A DNA stretch of 64,000 bases from positions 43,030,001-43,094,000 of the forward strand of contig CM052816.1 of the NCBI GenBank assembly GCA_028534125.1, in the 5' to 3' direction. This stretch comes from Lama glama. Lineage: Eukaryota. Within the stretch, counting starts at the first letter, position 1; every line of letters begins with the position of its first letter. Made by a program: the position numbers and the translations under genes. This document shows, piece by piece, positions 50,478-62,404 of the stretch. Below the pieces are notes generated by a model. It worked only from the letters and a program-made list of their open reading frames with translations. It made no database searches and had not been told where the DNA came from.

Positions 50478-52060
50478 ACAGACTTCTATTTCAAGATGGC
50501 AGCCTCAGTACATGTGTCAGCTTCCCTTTGCCCCAACATACATACACACACTTGTTGGACATACGCACATGTGTGTTGGACATGCACGCACATGCATAAA
50601 GGGGAGGCAAGCTGGGAAAACAGCCTCATACAGCCACAGAAGACATTTAAGCCTGTTATTTATACTAACAAGTATAGTCTGTGATTCATAAACATAAATG
50701 GATGCAAAATATTACCAGATACTTGAGGAAACCCAGCAAAGTGGACAAAGATGAACCAACAATGATGATTCCAGACCAAAAACAAAAATCATTTAGGGAA
50801 GAAAATAGAAATTAAAGTTTTAAAATTAATTTCTTCAGAAGACTCAAATGTTTTACATCCATAAATTAAGACAAAAATAATATGATAGAATGAGCTATCA
50901 AAATTAAGAAAATAATATGGGAAGTTAAATATCTAGTAATAGACTGCAATAAAATTTGATTTGGCTAAATCACAGGATGCTTGTGGTTGAAAATAAAGTA
51001 AAAATCTGAAAAATGAAGTGAAGGAAACTGTATTAATTTCCCAGGACTGCCTTATCAAATTACCACAACTTGGTGCTAAAACAACAGAATTTATATTCTC
51101 AGAGTTCTGGAGGCCAGAAAGATGAAATCAAAGTATCAGCAATGTTGGTTCCCTCTGGAGGCTCTGAGGGACAATCTGTTCTATATTCTCTCCTAGCTTC
51201 TGGTGGCTGCTGGCAATGTGTGGTGTTTCCTGGCTTGTAGATCCATCATTCCAATCTCTGTCTCCATCTTCATATGGCCTTCCCCGTGTGCCGGTGTGTC
51301 TGTTTCTCTCCTCTTCTAAGGACTTGTCATTGAATTTAGGGCTCACCCTAAATCCATTTGGTCTCATTTAGAGATCCTTACTTTAATTTACATCTTCAGA
51401 GATGCTTTTGCCAAATAAGGTTATATTCTGAGATTTGAGATGGACATACCTTTTGGGGGCCACAATTCAATCCATTATAGAAACATTGCACAGAAATGCA
51501 AAACATGAGAGCGAAAGTCTTTAAGGACCCAAGGGATAAATCTAATTGGAGGTACCATTCAAGATGTTTAACCAGTGATAGCATAGGCATAGACTGATCA
51601 AATGGAAGCTATCCAGTCAGAATTGGTGCTAACTGAACATTATTAGCCCAGGATTTCCAAAGCTGAGAAAAGGGGCAGTGAAGCAGAGGGAATAATCAAA
51701 GAAATAGTAGAAGAAAATTTATTCAGGCTTAAGAAAGGTGAATTCTTAATTTTGAAAGAGTTCAGTCTGTAAATCAAGTAAGAAAAATGGGGGAAAAAAA
51801 ACCCTAGGAGAAAATAACTTGAATACTTCTAAGAGAAATCCCATTCCTCCAAGGATAAAAGAAAATTTGAAAATAAATGGTTTACCTACAAAGCAGTGTT
51901 AGAAATATGAAGCAAATTTTTTATCCTGATTCCAGATGCTAGAACACAAAATAGCAATCTTCAACTAACTATCAGAAAAGTTAGGGAAAAAATAACAATA
52001 ATTAAGAAACTTCCTATTCACAGTTTCTGGAAATTGAAATTGGAGTAGATGGTAAGGAGG
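50478..52060 (+). mobile_element. Very old L1/HAL1-like 5' end and decayed ORF1, interrupted by an MLT1 LTR
   Basis: gacttctatttcaagatggcagc start; A-rich body with atcaaagaaatagtagaagaaaattt (ORF1 IKEIVEENF-like). Confidence 0.5.
51029..51479 (-). mobile_element. Solo MaLR LTR (MLT1C-like)
   Basis: TGtattaatttcccaggactgcc...gttctggaggccagaa...cacaattcaatccattata, with a perfect 5-bp TSD GAAAC (51024-51028, 51480-51484). Confidence 0.9.
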
Positions 52061-52094
52061 AACACTTCATTTTCATTTTATTCCATTTTGTCCC

Positions 52095-52995
52095 TTTTTT
52101 TAAAGAACAGTTTGAGGTTCACAGCAAATCTGAGTGGAAGGTACAGAGATTTTCCATATACAGGTTTCCCCCACTATCTGGAAGTAGAGTGTTGCCATGA
52201 AACCCTTTGTAAGCCGAAATGTCCTAAAGCAAAGAAGCAATTACATTAGGACACATCTTTTTAACTGATTCACAAAATAAATCAACATAATACATGGATA
52301 CTCACAGGTAAAATTCAAAGCTATGATGGCTTGGTGTTGAGATGCTGAGTAGTTCCCAGAGAAGGAGCTTGGAAGTGCCATTCTTGCTGCTCAGGGTGCA
52401 AGCTGCCTTTGTAACACCTCGCTGGAAAACAAAGGCTGAGTGCTATATTTGCTTTTTACCTTTTTTCATAAAAGCAAAAATCCTCTTTGGATTTCTTCTA
52501 GTCAATGAAAACAAGTACTAATGTAGGTCTTTCAGAAAAGCAAAATGGTATAAAGCAAACTTTCAAAAGGCAGGAGATATCTGTACTCCCTACCATGCCT
52601 GTGCATAGCTTCTTCCATTATCAGCATCCCTGACCAGAGTGGTACATTTGTTAAGCTTGACAAACCTACATTGACACATCATAATCTCTCAAGGTCCATG
52701 GTTTATGGTAGAGTTCATGCTTGGCTGTGTACATTCTGTGGGTTTGGACATATGCATAATGACATGTATCCATCATTATAATACACAGAGTATTTCTGCT
52801 GCCCTAGAAATCCTCTGTGCTCCACATGTTCACCCCTTCCAACTCCTGGCAGTCACTTACTGTCTCCATAGTTTTGCCTTTTCTGGAATATCATATAGTT
52901 AGAATCATACAGTATGTAGCCTTTTCAGATTGGCTTCTTTTACTTACTAACATGCATTTAAAAGTTCCTCAATGTCTTTTCATGGCTTGATAACT
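52095..52995 (-). mobile_element. Old L1 3' end (L1MC-like), interrupted by a Tigger element
   Basis: aacagtttgaggttcacagcaaatctgagtggaaggtacagag ... accagagtggtacatttgtt ... gtatgtagccttttcagattggcttc. Confidence 0.8.
52161..52583. mobile_element. Tigger/pogo-family non-autonomous DNA transposon (423 bp)
   Basis: TA on both sides. Left TIR CAGGTTTCCCCCACTATCTGGAAGT versus reverse complement of the right end CAGATATCTCCTGCCTTTTGAAAGT (16/25 match). Confidence 0.8.
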
Positions 52996-53899
52996 TAGTG
53001 GTTAATGAGGATTTAGAAGCTATAGCTAAAAAGACATTTTATGTTAATTAAATACTGCTTGTGTTAAAAAATAAAATAAAACAAAACCCTGACAGAAGAA
53101 TTAACAACTTAATATCCAGGGCTAGAGAGAGAGAAAAAAAAAGTCTCCTATATAAATCTTAATTTTCTTCTGGAGACTCAATACTTAGCACTATTAACAA
53201 GATGAATACAGTAGTGTTGCCCAGAAAAAAAGAGATTTTAGTTTTTTCTTGAATGCTCTTTAATGCCTCTCTGCCAAGTGCCAGTTTTTCAATCCTGACC
53301 AATGCTGGGAAATAGGAGTATAATATTTACTGATGTTGTAATTTATTCATTGGTTGGTTCATTCCTTTGTCCTTTATGTTCACTAGACACCCATTCTGTG
53401 GTGCTCAGTGAAGGAAGAGAATGTGTCCTGCTCCCACTGAGCTCTTAGCCAGGCTTGGAGACCCCTAAAACTGAATTTCTATCAGGACATGAACCTGGGA
53501 CACATACGTTGGCAAAATGCAAAAGTTTGTTTTTTTTAAGAAGGGGGAAATCTCAAAAAATTACAGTCTGGTTAACTTTTTTTAACTTCTGTTAAAATGG
53601 AATACAGTAGATTAATTTATGATAAATCAAAAGTATATTTTGTTTTTTATTTAAAAATTATAAAAACTTTGTTTTATTTTTAATTGTATGAGTAATGTAG
53701 AAATTATTTTTATAGCAATCAAGGAAATGAATGGGGGCAGATAAAGTCTCTTTTAAATACTTTCCTCAACCCCAATTACTATGCATTATATATATATGTA
53801 TGTATGTGTGTGTTTGTGTATATATACACACACACAGTGTGTATTGAGACAGTTAGATTGAGACAGAGATAAATCCCTACATAAATACATGCATGACTG

Positions 53900-54290
53900 G
53901 GTGTGAGTGTGTGATGTTTCTACTATACAGTTAGTGTCTTACCACGCATATTCCACAGCTTGATTATTTTCATTAACATGTCTTGTAGATCTTACAGTGT
54001 GAGTCCATAAAGATTTACCTCATTGTTTTTACCTGCTACACAGAATCCCTGTTTAACTGTTGCCTGATGGGTGATCATTTATGTTGCATCCAGCTTTTGC
54101 TTTTACCATGATGTACACTGGACCAAACCTCCCTGTGCAGGCATCACTGTACTCACTTGTGTGGGGATTTCTATAGAGTAAACACTGAGTAGTCAGATTG
54201 CTCTCTTATAGGTTATACACCTTCTATGTTTTGTTAGATGCTTCTAAATTAATTTCTGTGGATCTGATCTTATTGATATTAGCAGAGTAT
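53900..54290 (-). mobile_element. Very old L1 (L1ME-like) 3' fragment
   Basis: agatttacctcattgttttt, gatcatttatgttgcatccag, cagcagagtatgaa-like motifs. Confidence 0.5.
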
Positions 54291-55039
54291 GAAATTTTAA
54301 AAGTGGGCTTTGTGAAAAAAACTGTTCCTGCACAGTTTAATTTCCTCACTAACAAAATATAGCCCCTGAGATAAGGGGGAGGAAAGAAAAGCAATATATT
54401 TGAAGTGAAGCTTTGGATTTGAATTAGTAATTTTCTTACTAGTGAACTTGGGAAAACTGCTCTGAAATATATAATGGTCAGCTACCCAATTATCTAGAGT
54501 GCCCAAAACAAGTCAGTAATCAATAACTAACATCAATCTGAGAGTCTTTATTGAAGTTCCTCTGGTTTGATAGTCTTAATACAAAAAAATTGAATGGAAT
54601 GGAAAAAACGGCTTAATAAAACTGAACATAGCTTAAGAATAATGGAGGCCTTGGGCTATTTGGAAAAGTGACCATTAAAAGTAGAATCCTCCTCATTGGT
54701 GATATCATCCAATGATTCATTCCAATTATGTTTAGAATGAATTCAGTTGGCTGGTAATTGGCTCTCCTCCTGGCTGGATACTTTTCACCCCCAGCTCTCC
54801 ATGGTGCTTCTCCACCTGGCTCCTCATTCTGTGGTCCAGTAGAGACATACCTGCCCTCACTGTTCATGCTCAGGCTGTTAGTGCTCAGTCTGTGTGTTCT
54901 TATAGAACTCCTTTTTACACTTATGGATTACATCTATTCTTTTGCCTCTACTTGTTCACCAGCCATTGGACACTTTGAAGATCAAATCATAACTTGTCCA
55001 TTATTGTATTCTCAGCCAGCAGTGCTGAGCTTAGGGATC

Positions 55040-55230
55040 TGGTGGTTAAGGATGTTGGCTTCAGACAGATCTGTGTTCAAACTTCAGTTCTGCCACTTTC
55101 CAGCTCTGTGTATTCTTGGGGAAGTGCCTTACGACAGTTACCTTAAAAGATTGGCGAGGATTAACTTTAATATCTGCATGCTTGGCACAGTATAAACAGT
55201 GAAATGATAACCACTGTTGTTATTGTTGTT
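55040..55230 (+). mobile_element. MIR SINE (internally deleted)
   Basis: ggtggttaaggatgttggcttcagacagatctgtgttcaaacttcagttctgccact...cttggcacagt. Confidence 0.75.
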
Positions 55231-57129
55231 GAAATATAATTTAAGAAGTAGGTAAGAAAAATTCTTAGGACTATGTAAAAGAGGATTATTTTATTATAAA
55301 AATGTAACCCAGATTTCTCAGTCTGTTATTTTCTAACATAAGGAATAGATGTGAGTTACTTTTGTTTTCATCTTGAATAAGCTGTCTCTCTCTGCGTTTA
55401 TTCAGCACAGACTTAGAGAGCTCAATGCAAAATATATTCAGGTTCCCAAGTTATGTATTTTATCAGGCATCTGAAAATTTGACACTTAGTAGCAATGGAT
55501 ATATTCAGGAATGAGTCAGTACACTGAGCTCAGTGGTCTGTATTTGGCCCAGTGTAGATTTCAAAAAGGTGAGGGAATCACAAATAAAGGAAATAAATGA
55601 ACATATTCAGAATGCGATCTTATAGCTAGCATACTCATCTTCTCAGATCTTTAATACTTTGGGAACTAACTCATATAGGACTCTAACTTCTATATATAAA
55701 TAAAGTAATTTTTCCCACCAAGAGCTGTACTGCTACCATTGAAATCTGGGTCCAAAATTATGATTTACTTTTTAGCTTAGTCATTTTATGCCCACTCTTC
55801 ACCGTGTTGTTGATTTCAGAGAGCCCCACCACTCTTAACTGGGCATTTGGGATTCAAACCTATACTTTTTATAGTGTCTGCCTGTCAAATTAGTAAAGTA
55901 CTGTCTGCTTCTAAAACCTTTTATGCTCCTTTCTCTCCTTCTCTGATTTTATGTGCATCCTTTATTTCTCTCTTTCCTTTAAGAAAAATCTAGGTCACCC
56001 GCACAACCCTTTTCTATGAGAACACTGCCCAGGGAGCTCCATTTCCTATATGCCCTACAATTGCTGAATATCTCCTGCTTTATATTTTTCTCTTATCTTC
56101 TGTCACAATAGTTTCTCTCTCTTTATTCTTTTAGAAATAGATACGAAATATTATCTCACTCTTCTTGAAGAGTTAATTTTTATTTTCGCACCCTCTCTGA
56201 GCTTCTGTGGGTGGTGGGAAAAGGAAAGCAGATGTTTATGGAAATTGTCACCTCTAATCAAGTTGCCTCTGTGGCAGAACTTGAGATTCTCTGAGTATGC
56301 TGTGTCCGGAATCTTTCCTGAAAATGTCATAGGCAAGAACCTCTTCTCTGTCGTTGATCATTCTGTATCCCTGGAGTGTATTCTAGGACATGTTATGAAT
56401 TAGGGTGTTCTCAGTGCCACCTTCTGCACTTTGGTTGCCTGACATCTCTAAGTTTGGGGATTCAAGGTCTTGTAGGCCTGACCACACTCCACCCCCTACT
56501 TCTCTTACTTGTGCCAAACTAACCAACCTGCCTTTCTATTTTGAACCTTCCCTGAAAGCTTTCCATCAGTTTATTACTGCCAAGGTCTCTGCCCCCAATT
56601 TTAAAACCTTACAAGGTTTTTCTTCCCCTTCCCTCCACCTGGCCTCATTTGATCAAAGACCATCCCCATGGCCAGGTTTCTGTTTCTGTGGGTGCTAGTC
56701 TGTGTGTTTGGAAAATTCCTTTCCTTGCCATCCACCTCTTGCCCTGTTCCCTGACCCAAATGTGGAACAGGCTATTTTGGTTGCTTTTTCCTCTTGGAGG
56801 GTTCAGGTCTAGGCAAGACCCTGGACGTGGAGGTTTGTTTTCTTTCATATGGGTGTCATTGTTATCTCCATGAAAACTAAGGTGTTGAGTAGTGAGTAGC
56901 TATTCCTGAACACCTGCTTTGAATAGGAGATTTTTAAAAAAGAAATCTTAAGAAGGAAATTCCTAGTGGTGGAAAGTCAGTGAGGCAAGTATTTTAAAGG
57001 ATATCTTTCTTGCTTTTCCCTCAAGTCATGCCTGTGGGTATCACCACCTGATCATAAGATAAGCCCTGCTCTGCCCTTGACTTCACACAGTTTGCAGTTC
57101 TGTTAACAATGGTGGATAACTCTCAAGGC

Positions 57130-57330
57130 AGTGGAGTGGGTAGGATAAGTTGTAGGTAATCAAACTGCCTGGGTTTGAATCTCACCTTGGCTACTTAATA
57201 GGTGTGTGATCTTGAGTGACAGTTCTTAATCTATTTCATAGTTTCCCCATGCTTAAAGTGCGGATGATAATAGTACCTACCTCATAGCATTCTTGTCTGG
57301 ATTACATAAGTTAAAATCTATCTTATTATT
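57130..57330 (+). mobile_element. MIR SINE
   Basis: ctgcctgggtttgaatctc...gataatagtacctacctcatag. Confidence 0.8.
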
Positions 57331-57435
57331 ATCTTGAACTATGATAAGCAAATGCATTCCTGTACACCTGGGCTTCAACTGATAAAAGACTGAATTTTTT
57401 TCTTATAGTTATGTACATTTACCTACTTAAATACT

Positions 57436-57610
57436 GAAATTTGAAAAAGGTTACGATAAGTAACATTTGAATAATAAAACCAAAGAATTTCTACTAGATA
57501 ATACTGTAGAATTTGGGGAAGAAAAGGAAGCAAATTTGTTCAAAAAGAGGCTAAAATAGTTAGGTCATGAGCAAATGATTTATTTGACCCTCAGCTTCCT
57601 GGAAGCCAGG
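57436..57610 (+). repeat. Local duplication, copy 1 (175 bp)
   Basis: Ungapped hand alignment to 59745-59919 with 23 mismatches (~87%). Confidence 0.95.
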
Positions 57611-58520
57611 GCTACTGGCGACTGATATCAGTCTGAGATGGAAATGCAGCCAAGGTTTAGGTAGAGGACTCCCCAAGTAAAGACCCCTCCTCCCACCCTG
57701 GCACATCTATAGCAAGGAATACAGATTGGGGTGGTGTCCAGGAAGTCCTTGACACAGGAGGCGCTGACCTCACTTTGGCTGATCTTTAATTCTCTGTCTG
57801 CCTGTATCCTCCTTGAGTGTCTGTATTAGTGGCTCACAGTTATTTTTGAGAACATTGGTTGGAGGACATGCTCTGTACAAATATACTTAATAAACTTTTC
57901 CATGAGCTTGTGATGATAAAGTGCAAATTGTCTTGGGTTGGCAAAGCTTTTAAAATACTTGTCTTATAGTCTTAATCAGCTTGATTTAATTATGTATATT
58001 TGGTTTATTTGTTAACTTTAGCCAGTGCTTTTAATGTAAATATAATCTGTTCCCCCAGCATGATGAGGCTTGAGTGAGGTCATCCATCAATGAAAATTCC
58101 TTGTAAACAGAAAAATGTTATACAAATATAAAAAATATTAATAATAAATAGTCTTATAGACTAAAATAAGGCAGCTGTGGTTAGAAGTCAAAAAAGCCTT
58201 CAAGATGATTAAAAGTGCATGATGTTTGCCTTTCATTTTTTGATTAATTACTGTGATTATTTATTTGCTCACAAATATCTTCAGATATTAAACTTTAATC
58301 ATGCTTAACATGATTTTTTATATATATTGAGTTTAGTAGAGCAAAATTTTTTTCTTGTTGCTCACTAATATTTATTAGGGTAGAAATTTTTGTAAAGTTT
58401 TGAGGAAGAAGAATGACTCCTTCAGAGACTCAAGGTAAATCCACTTACACAACAGGTGAAATGCTGCATGCTTCACGTTTGATAATACCTTATTTTCTAG
58501 TTGTTTCTCACATAGCTTAC

Positions 58521-58576
58521 CTTGAGTGTCAGAGGATCTCACCAGCAAATATAAATCCATTCCCAAGATATTTCCG
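58521..58576 (-). other. Exon-like segment (56 nt) on the minus strand
   Basis: Acceptor ttttcttcttattttcccttatcag|C and donor AAG|gtaagc. Confidence 0.3.
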
Positions 58577-58623
58577 CTGATAAGGGAAAATAAGAAGAAA
58601 ATATTATTGAAACCATAATAGGC

Positions 58624-59410
58624 TTTTTTTTAACATTTTTTATTGATTTATAATCATTTTACAATGTTGTGTCAAATTCCAGTGTTCAGCACAATTTTTC
58701 AGTCATTCATGGACATATACACACTCATTGTCACATTTTTTTCTCTGTGATTTATCATAACATTTTNNNNNNNNNNNNNNNNNNNNNNNNNNNNNNNNNN
58801 NNNNNNNNNNNNNNNNNNNNNNNNNNNNNNNNNNNNNNNNNNNNNNNNNNNNNNNNNNNNNNNNNNNNNNNNNNNNNNNNNNNNNNNNNNNNNNNNNNNN
58901 NNNNNNNNNNNNNNNNNNNNNNNNNNNNNNNNNNNNNNNNNNNNNNNNNNNNNNNNNNNNNNNNNNNNNNNNNNNNNNNNNNNNNNNNNNNNNNNNNNNN
59001 NNNNNNNNNNNNNNNNNNNNNNNNNNNNNNNNNNNNNNNNNNNNNNNNNNNNNNNNNNNNNNNNNNNNNNNNNNNNNNNNNNNNNNNNNNNNNNNNNNNN
59101 NNNNNNNNNNNNNNNNNNNNNNNNNNNNNNNNNNNNNNNNNNNNNNNNNNNNNNNNNNNNNNNNNNNNNNNNNNNNNNNNNNNNNNNNNNNNNNNNNNNN
59201 NNNNNNNNNNNNNNNNNNNNNNNNNNNNNNNNNNNNNNNNNNNNNNNNNNNNNNNNNNNNNNNNNNCTTCTGCCCATTTTTGGATTGGGTTGTTTACTTT
59301 TTTCTTATTGAGTCGTATGAGCTGCTTATATATTCTGGAGATCAAGCCTTTGTCGGTTTCACTTGCAAAAATTTTCTCCCATTCCGTAGGTTTTCTTCTT
59401 GTTTTATTTC
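58624..59410 (-). mobile_element. Young camelid L1, 5'-truncated
   Basis: Perfect TSD TTGAAACCATAATAGGC(TTT) at 58607 and 59411; ORF2 piece [26 protein letters not shown]...NNPIQKWAE. Confidence 0.95.
58767..59266. other. Assembly gap (500 N)
   Basis: N run inside a young L1. Confidence 1.
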
Positions 59411-59744
59411 TTGAAACCATAATAGGCTTTGATAAATCTTAGCTTCAGTATTGATGCAAACAGCCATTGTGCTCTTAAATCCTTTAATACTCTGTGAAGT
59501 AAAGGCCTCATTGCCTTCTAGGAGTCCTGATAGTGAAAAATATGTAAGCTAAAATAAAATCTACTTTATTTTATGGAATATGGTTTTAAATTCTTTTTCA
59601 AGACATATAAAAACATTTGTCAACTTCAGTTAATTTTTTCTAAAATGAAAACTTACCCTCTTAATCTTTACCTTTTTATATATACATATACACATGTATG
59701 TATACATATTTACACTTTCATTGTACCCTATCAGTTCCCTAAAA

Positions 59745-59919
59745 GAGATTTGAAAAAGGTTATGATAAATAACATTTGCATAATAAAACTAATGAATTTC
59801 TACTAGACAGTACTCTAGAAGTTGGGGATGAAAAGGAAGCAAATTGGTTGAGAAAAAGTTTAATATAGTTATGTCACGAGCAGCTGATTTATTTGACCCT
59901 CAGCTTCCTCGAAGCCAGG
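59745..59919 (+). repeat. Local duplication, copy 2 (175 bp)
   Basis: See copy 1 at 57436-57610. Confidence 0.95.
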
Positions 59920-62404
59920 AAAAAATGAAAATAGTCTGAATTATATATTCTTAGTTTCATAAAGCAACAAAAAGTCAAAATTTTAATGTATTATGTTATG
60001 AATATGGTTATACATACATGATTTATCACACATTGGAGAAGACTCACCAACCCAAAACATATGTCTGTTTTACTAAATTTATATTTTCAATTACTTTGCT
60101 TGGGCTAATGTGAAAAGGTTTTTTCATTCCCTGGGCATCCTCTCTCTGTGCACAGTTTTGGGTAGCAGCAGGGTATGAGTGATAGGGAAAATTTTGCCAT
60201 AGGAAAAAAAGTGGAAATTTTAAACATATCTAGTTTTTGGAATATTGGCTGTATAGATAGGATTCTGACTTGTTGCATAGTAACCAGCTGTCTCAGCAAG
60301 TGGGAAGTAAGATTGAACAACAAAAAAAATCGATTTTGAAGTTTGGAATTTGCCTAGAAAATGAAGACCTGCATCTTTACCATAGCTCCTTGAAGTTTGA
60401 TTCTCAAAGCATAAATCTCTCTAAAATCTTAGCATAGGAAAATTTTTTTATTCACTAGGCAGGGAAGACAAATTACTCACTGTAATAATGCACCTGTAAC
60501 ATGTTTGGAAAAATGAAACACAGGAAAGCAACTCATAGGGACTCATAACTGGGAGGCGTGAGACAAATAAGGTATGATGATAGAAAATAAAAACATTTCT
60601 TCTTGGGGTGAAATGATGAAGACTGGTAGATGGGTTCTCACATTAATAGTTTCCTTTTCAGATTCACGTGTGATAGAAGGTAGATTGGCATCTATCATGA
60701 GCATCATTAAACCTTCTGTCTGAAACCTAAGGGTATTTAGTAGTTTTTTTCTTTAAAAAAAAGTTTTATTCTGCTTAGATTTTAGTCTAAACACCAAATT
60801 TTTAATGTGACCCCTCTGTACAGATATTTGAATAGTGTTCCTTGGCATATTTTGATATATCAGATGAACAGATTTTATGTTTTCTTTATGAAAAGTAAAA
60901 TGAAAAGAATTGAGAACATTTGTTTAACAATTTGTATTTATTTCTGTCTATTAGGTACCTTGATCTTCAAATCAAGGAACTTATAATAAGGTTGTAAGAA
61001 TTCACAATTAGCTGTGAGTTATTTTGCTGTACAAAACTTCCGTTTGTGTTTGACTCATGCTGGTTTCACACCATTAGCATTTTCTATAAGACCAAATATA
61101 TAAGCTTGTTTTCAAATCTATTGGAATTTTGAAGATTTTAGAATTGTAGTCTCACAGAGGAGTTTTATTTATTTTTGGTTGCTTATATTGTCAAAAGAAA
61201 AGTTAATTCTCAAACTTTCTTAACTATCCATTAAGTAAATATATCTCTTCTGCCGAGTTACTTCTCAAATATATATCAAATAGCATTTACACAGTACTTA
61301 AGATATGAAATATGCCTTGTGTTTTAGGTGTGTTCATTCATTGATTTGATTTTCCAAACAGTCTTGTCAGGAAGAAAGGTAAGGAATTATTTTTATCTGT
61401 TTTTCCAGAAAGGAAACTGGGAAGCAGGCAGCTAGTAAGTGACATGTATTTCAGATTTCAACAGTACAACTCTTTTCTGGGTTTCATATCAAACATTAAC
61501 ACTTTGTAGATTTGCTCCCCGTTTTGCATGGGAGGAAATTAAAAAATCAATGTCTGTAGAATATGTGTCTAAAAGCAGAGATTCAGCAGAAAAAATACAT
61601 AGATTGGTGTTTTTAAGTGTATTTTTTGCTTTTTATAGAGAAAAACTGATTCTCTAAATTAGATAACCAACTCTACAATAATTGAATGCTGTTTTTATAT
61701 TCAGCACCTCAGACATCTTTTTCTCTCTTTTTAAAAAATTAAGATAATGACACAATTTCTTAGAATTGACTTCTATGTAGGTTAACTGGAGATTCTAAAT
61801 GTCTGGGCATCAGAATTCAGTGATGATTCCAGAAAGACATAAATGGTGGAGAGCTGTTTGTATCCTTTTCAGATTTCCTTTCCAGGCTATAGTGTGCTGC
61901 TGGAGTGCTTATGTTAGAAACACATTCTGCTGCTTAAAAACACAGCAAAATTGAAGCAGTTGAAGGCCATTAAGAAAAGACTGATAGCTTCATCTTCTAA
62001 GCTTACTTTTCTCTGGAATATACCTCAGTCTCTTAGCGTATATGTCTCTCCTGCCAAGCATGAATATTAAAGCCACCAGTCAATGTTTTTCCATGTCATT
62101 TAATCTCCCAGTCTATTTGCTGATTCTCTGAAGGTGCTCAATAATAAAAAGGGCATAGTCAGGGGATGGCATGATAAGTTAGGTGTGTTCCTGAACTGAC
62201 AAGTTTGTTTATTTAAACCTTAAACATAACACTAATTACACATCTCTGGAAAATTCAAATTATAGCCTGTGCAAATTATATCACCATCAACAGTATTTTA
62301 TTGAAGTGTAAAGCTTTAGAGTTTTTATTCCCCACACACCCTGTGGTGCCAAAAGGTGTAATGGAGAAGAGGCTTTTTCTCTCACTTATTTCAAGACTTT
62401 CTTT

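Noticed and set aside
54758..55195. 145-aa ORF with a hydrophobic stretch
   Set aside because: TTG start, runs through L2-like and MIR sequence, and has no recognisable homology.
57620..57633. Perfect 14-bp palindrome GACTGATATCAGTC (and similar ones at ~7741 and ~7776)
   Set aside because: Several palindromes with 6-7-bp arms are expected by chance in 64 kb.
58060..58110. C/D box snoRNA suggested by ATGATGA (also ~31562 and ~60574)
   Set aside because: No suitably placed CTGA D box with a terminal stem was found.
60955..61013. + strand exon candidate (tctattag|GTACC...AGCT|gtgagt)
   Set aside because: Stops in all three frames and the peptide YLDLQIKELIIRL is not recognised; unsupported as CDS, though a non-coding exon is not excluded.
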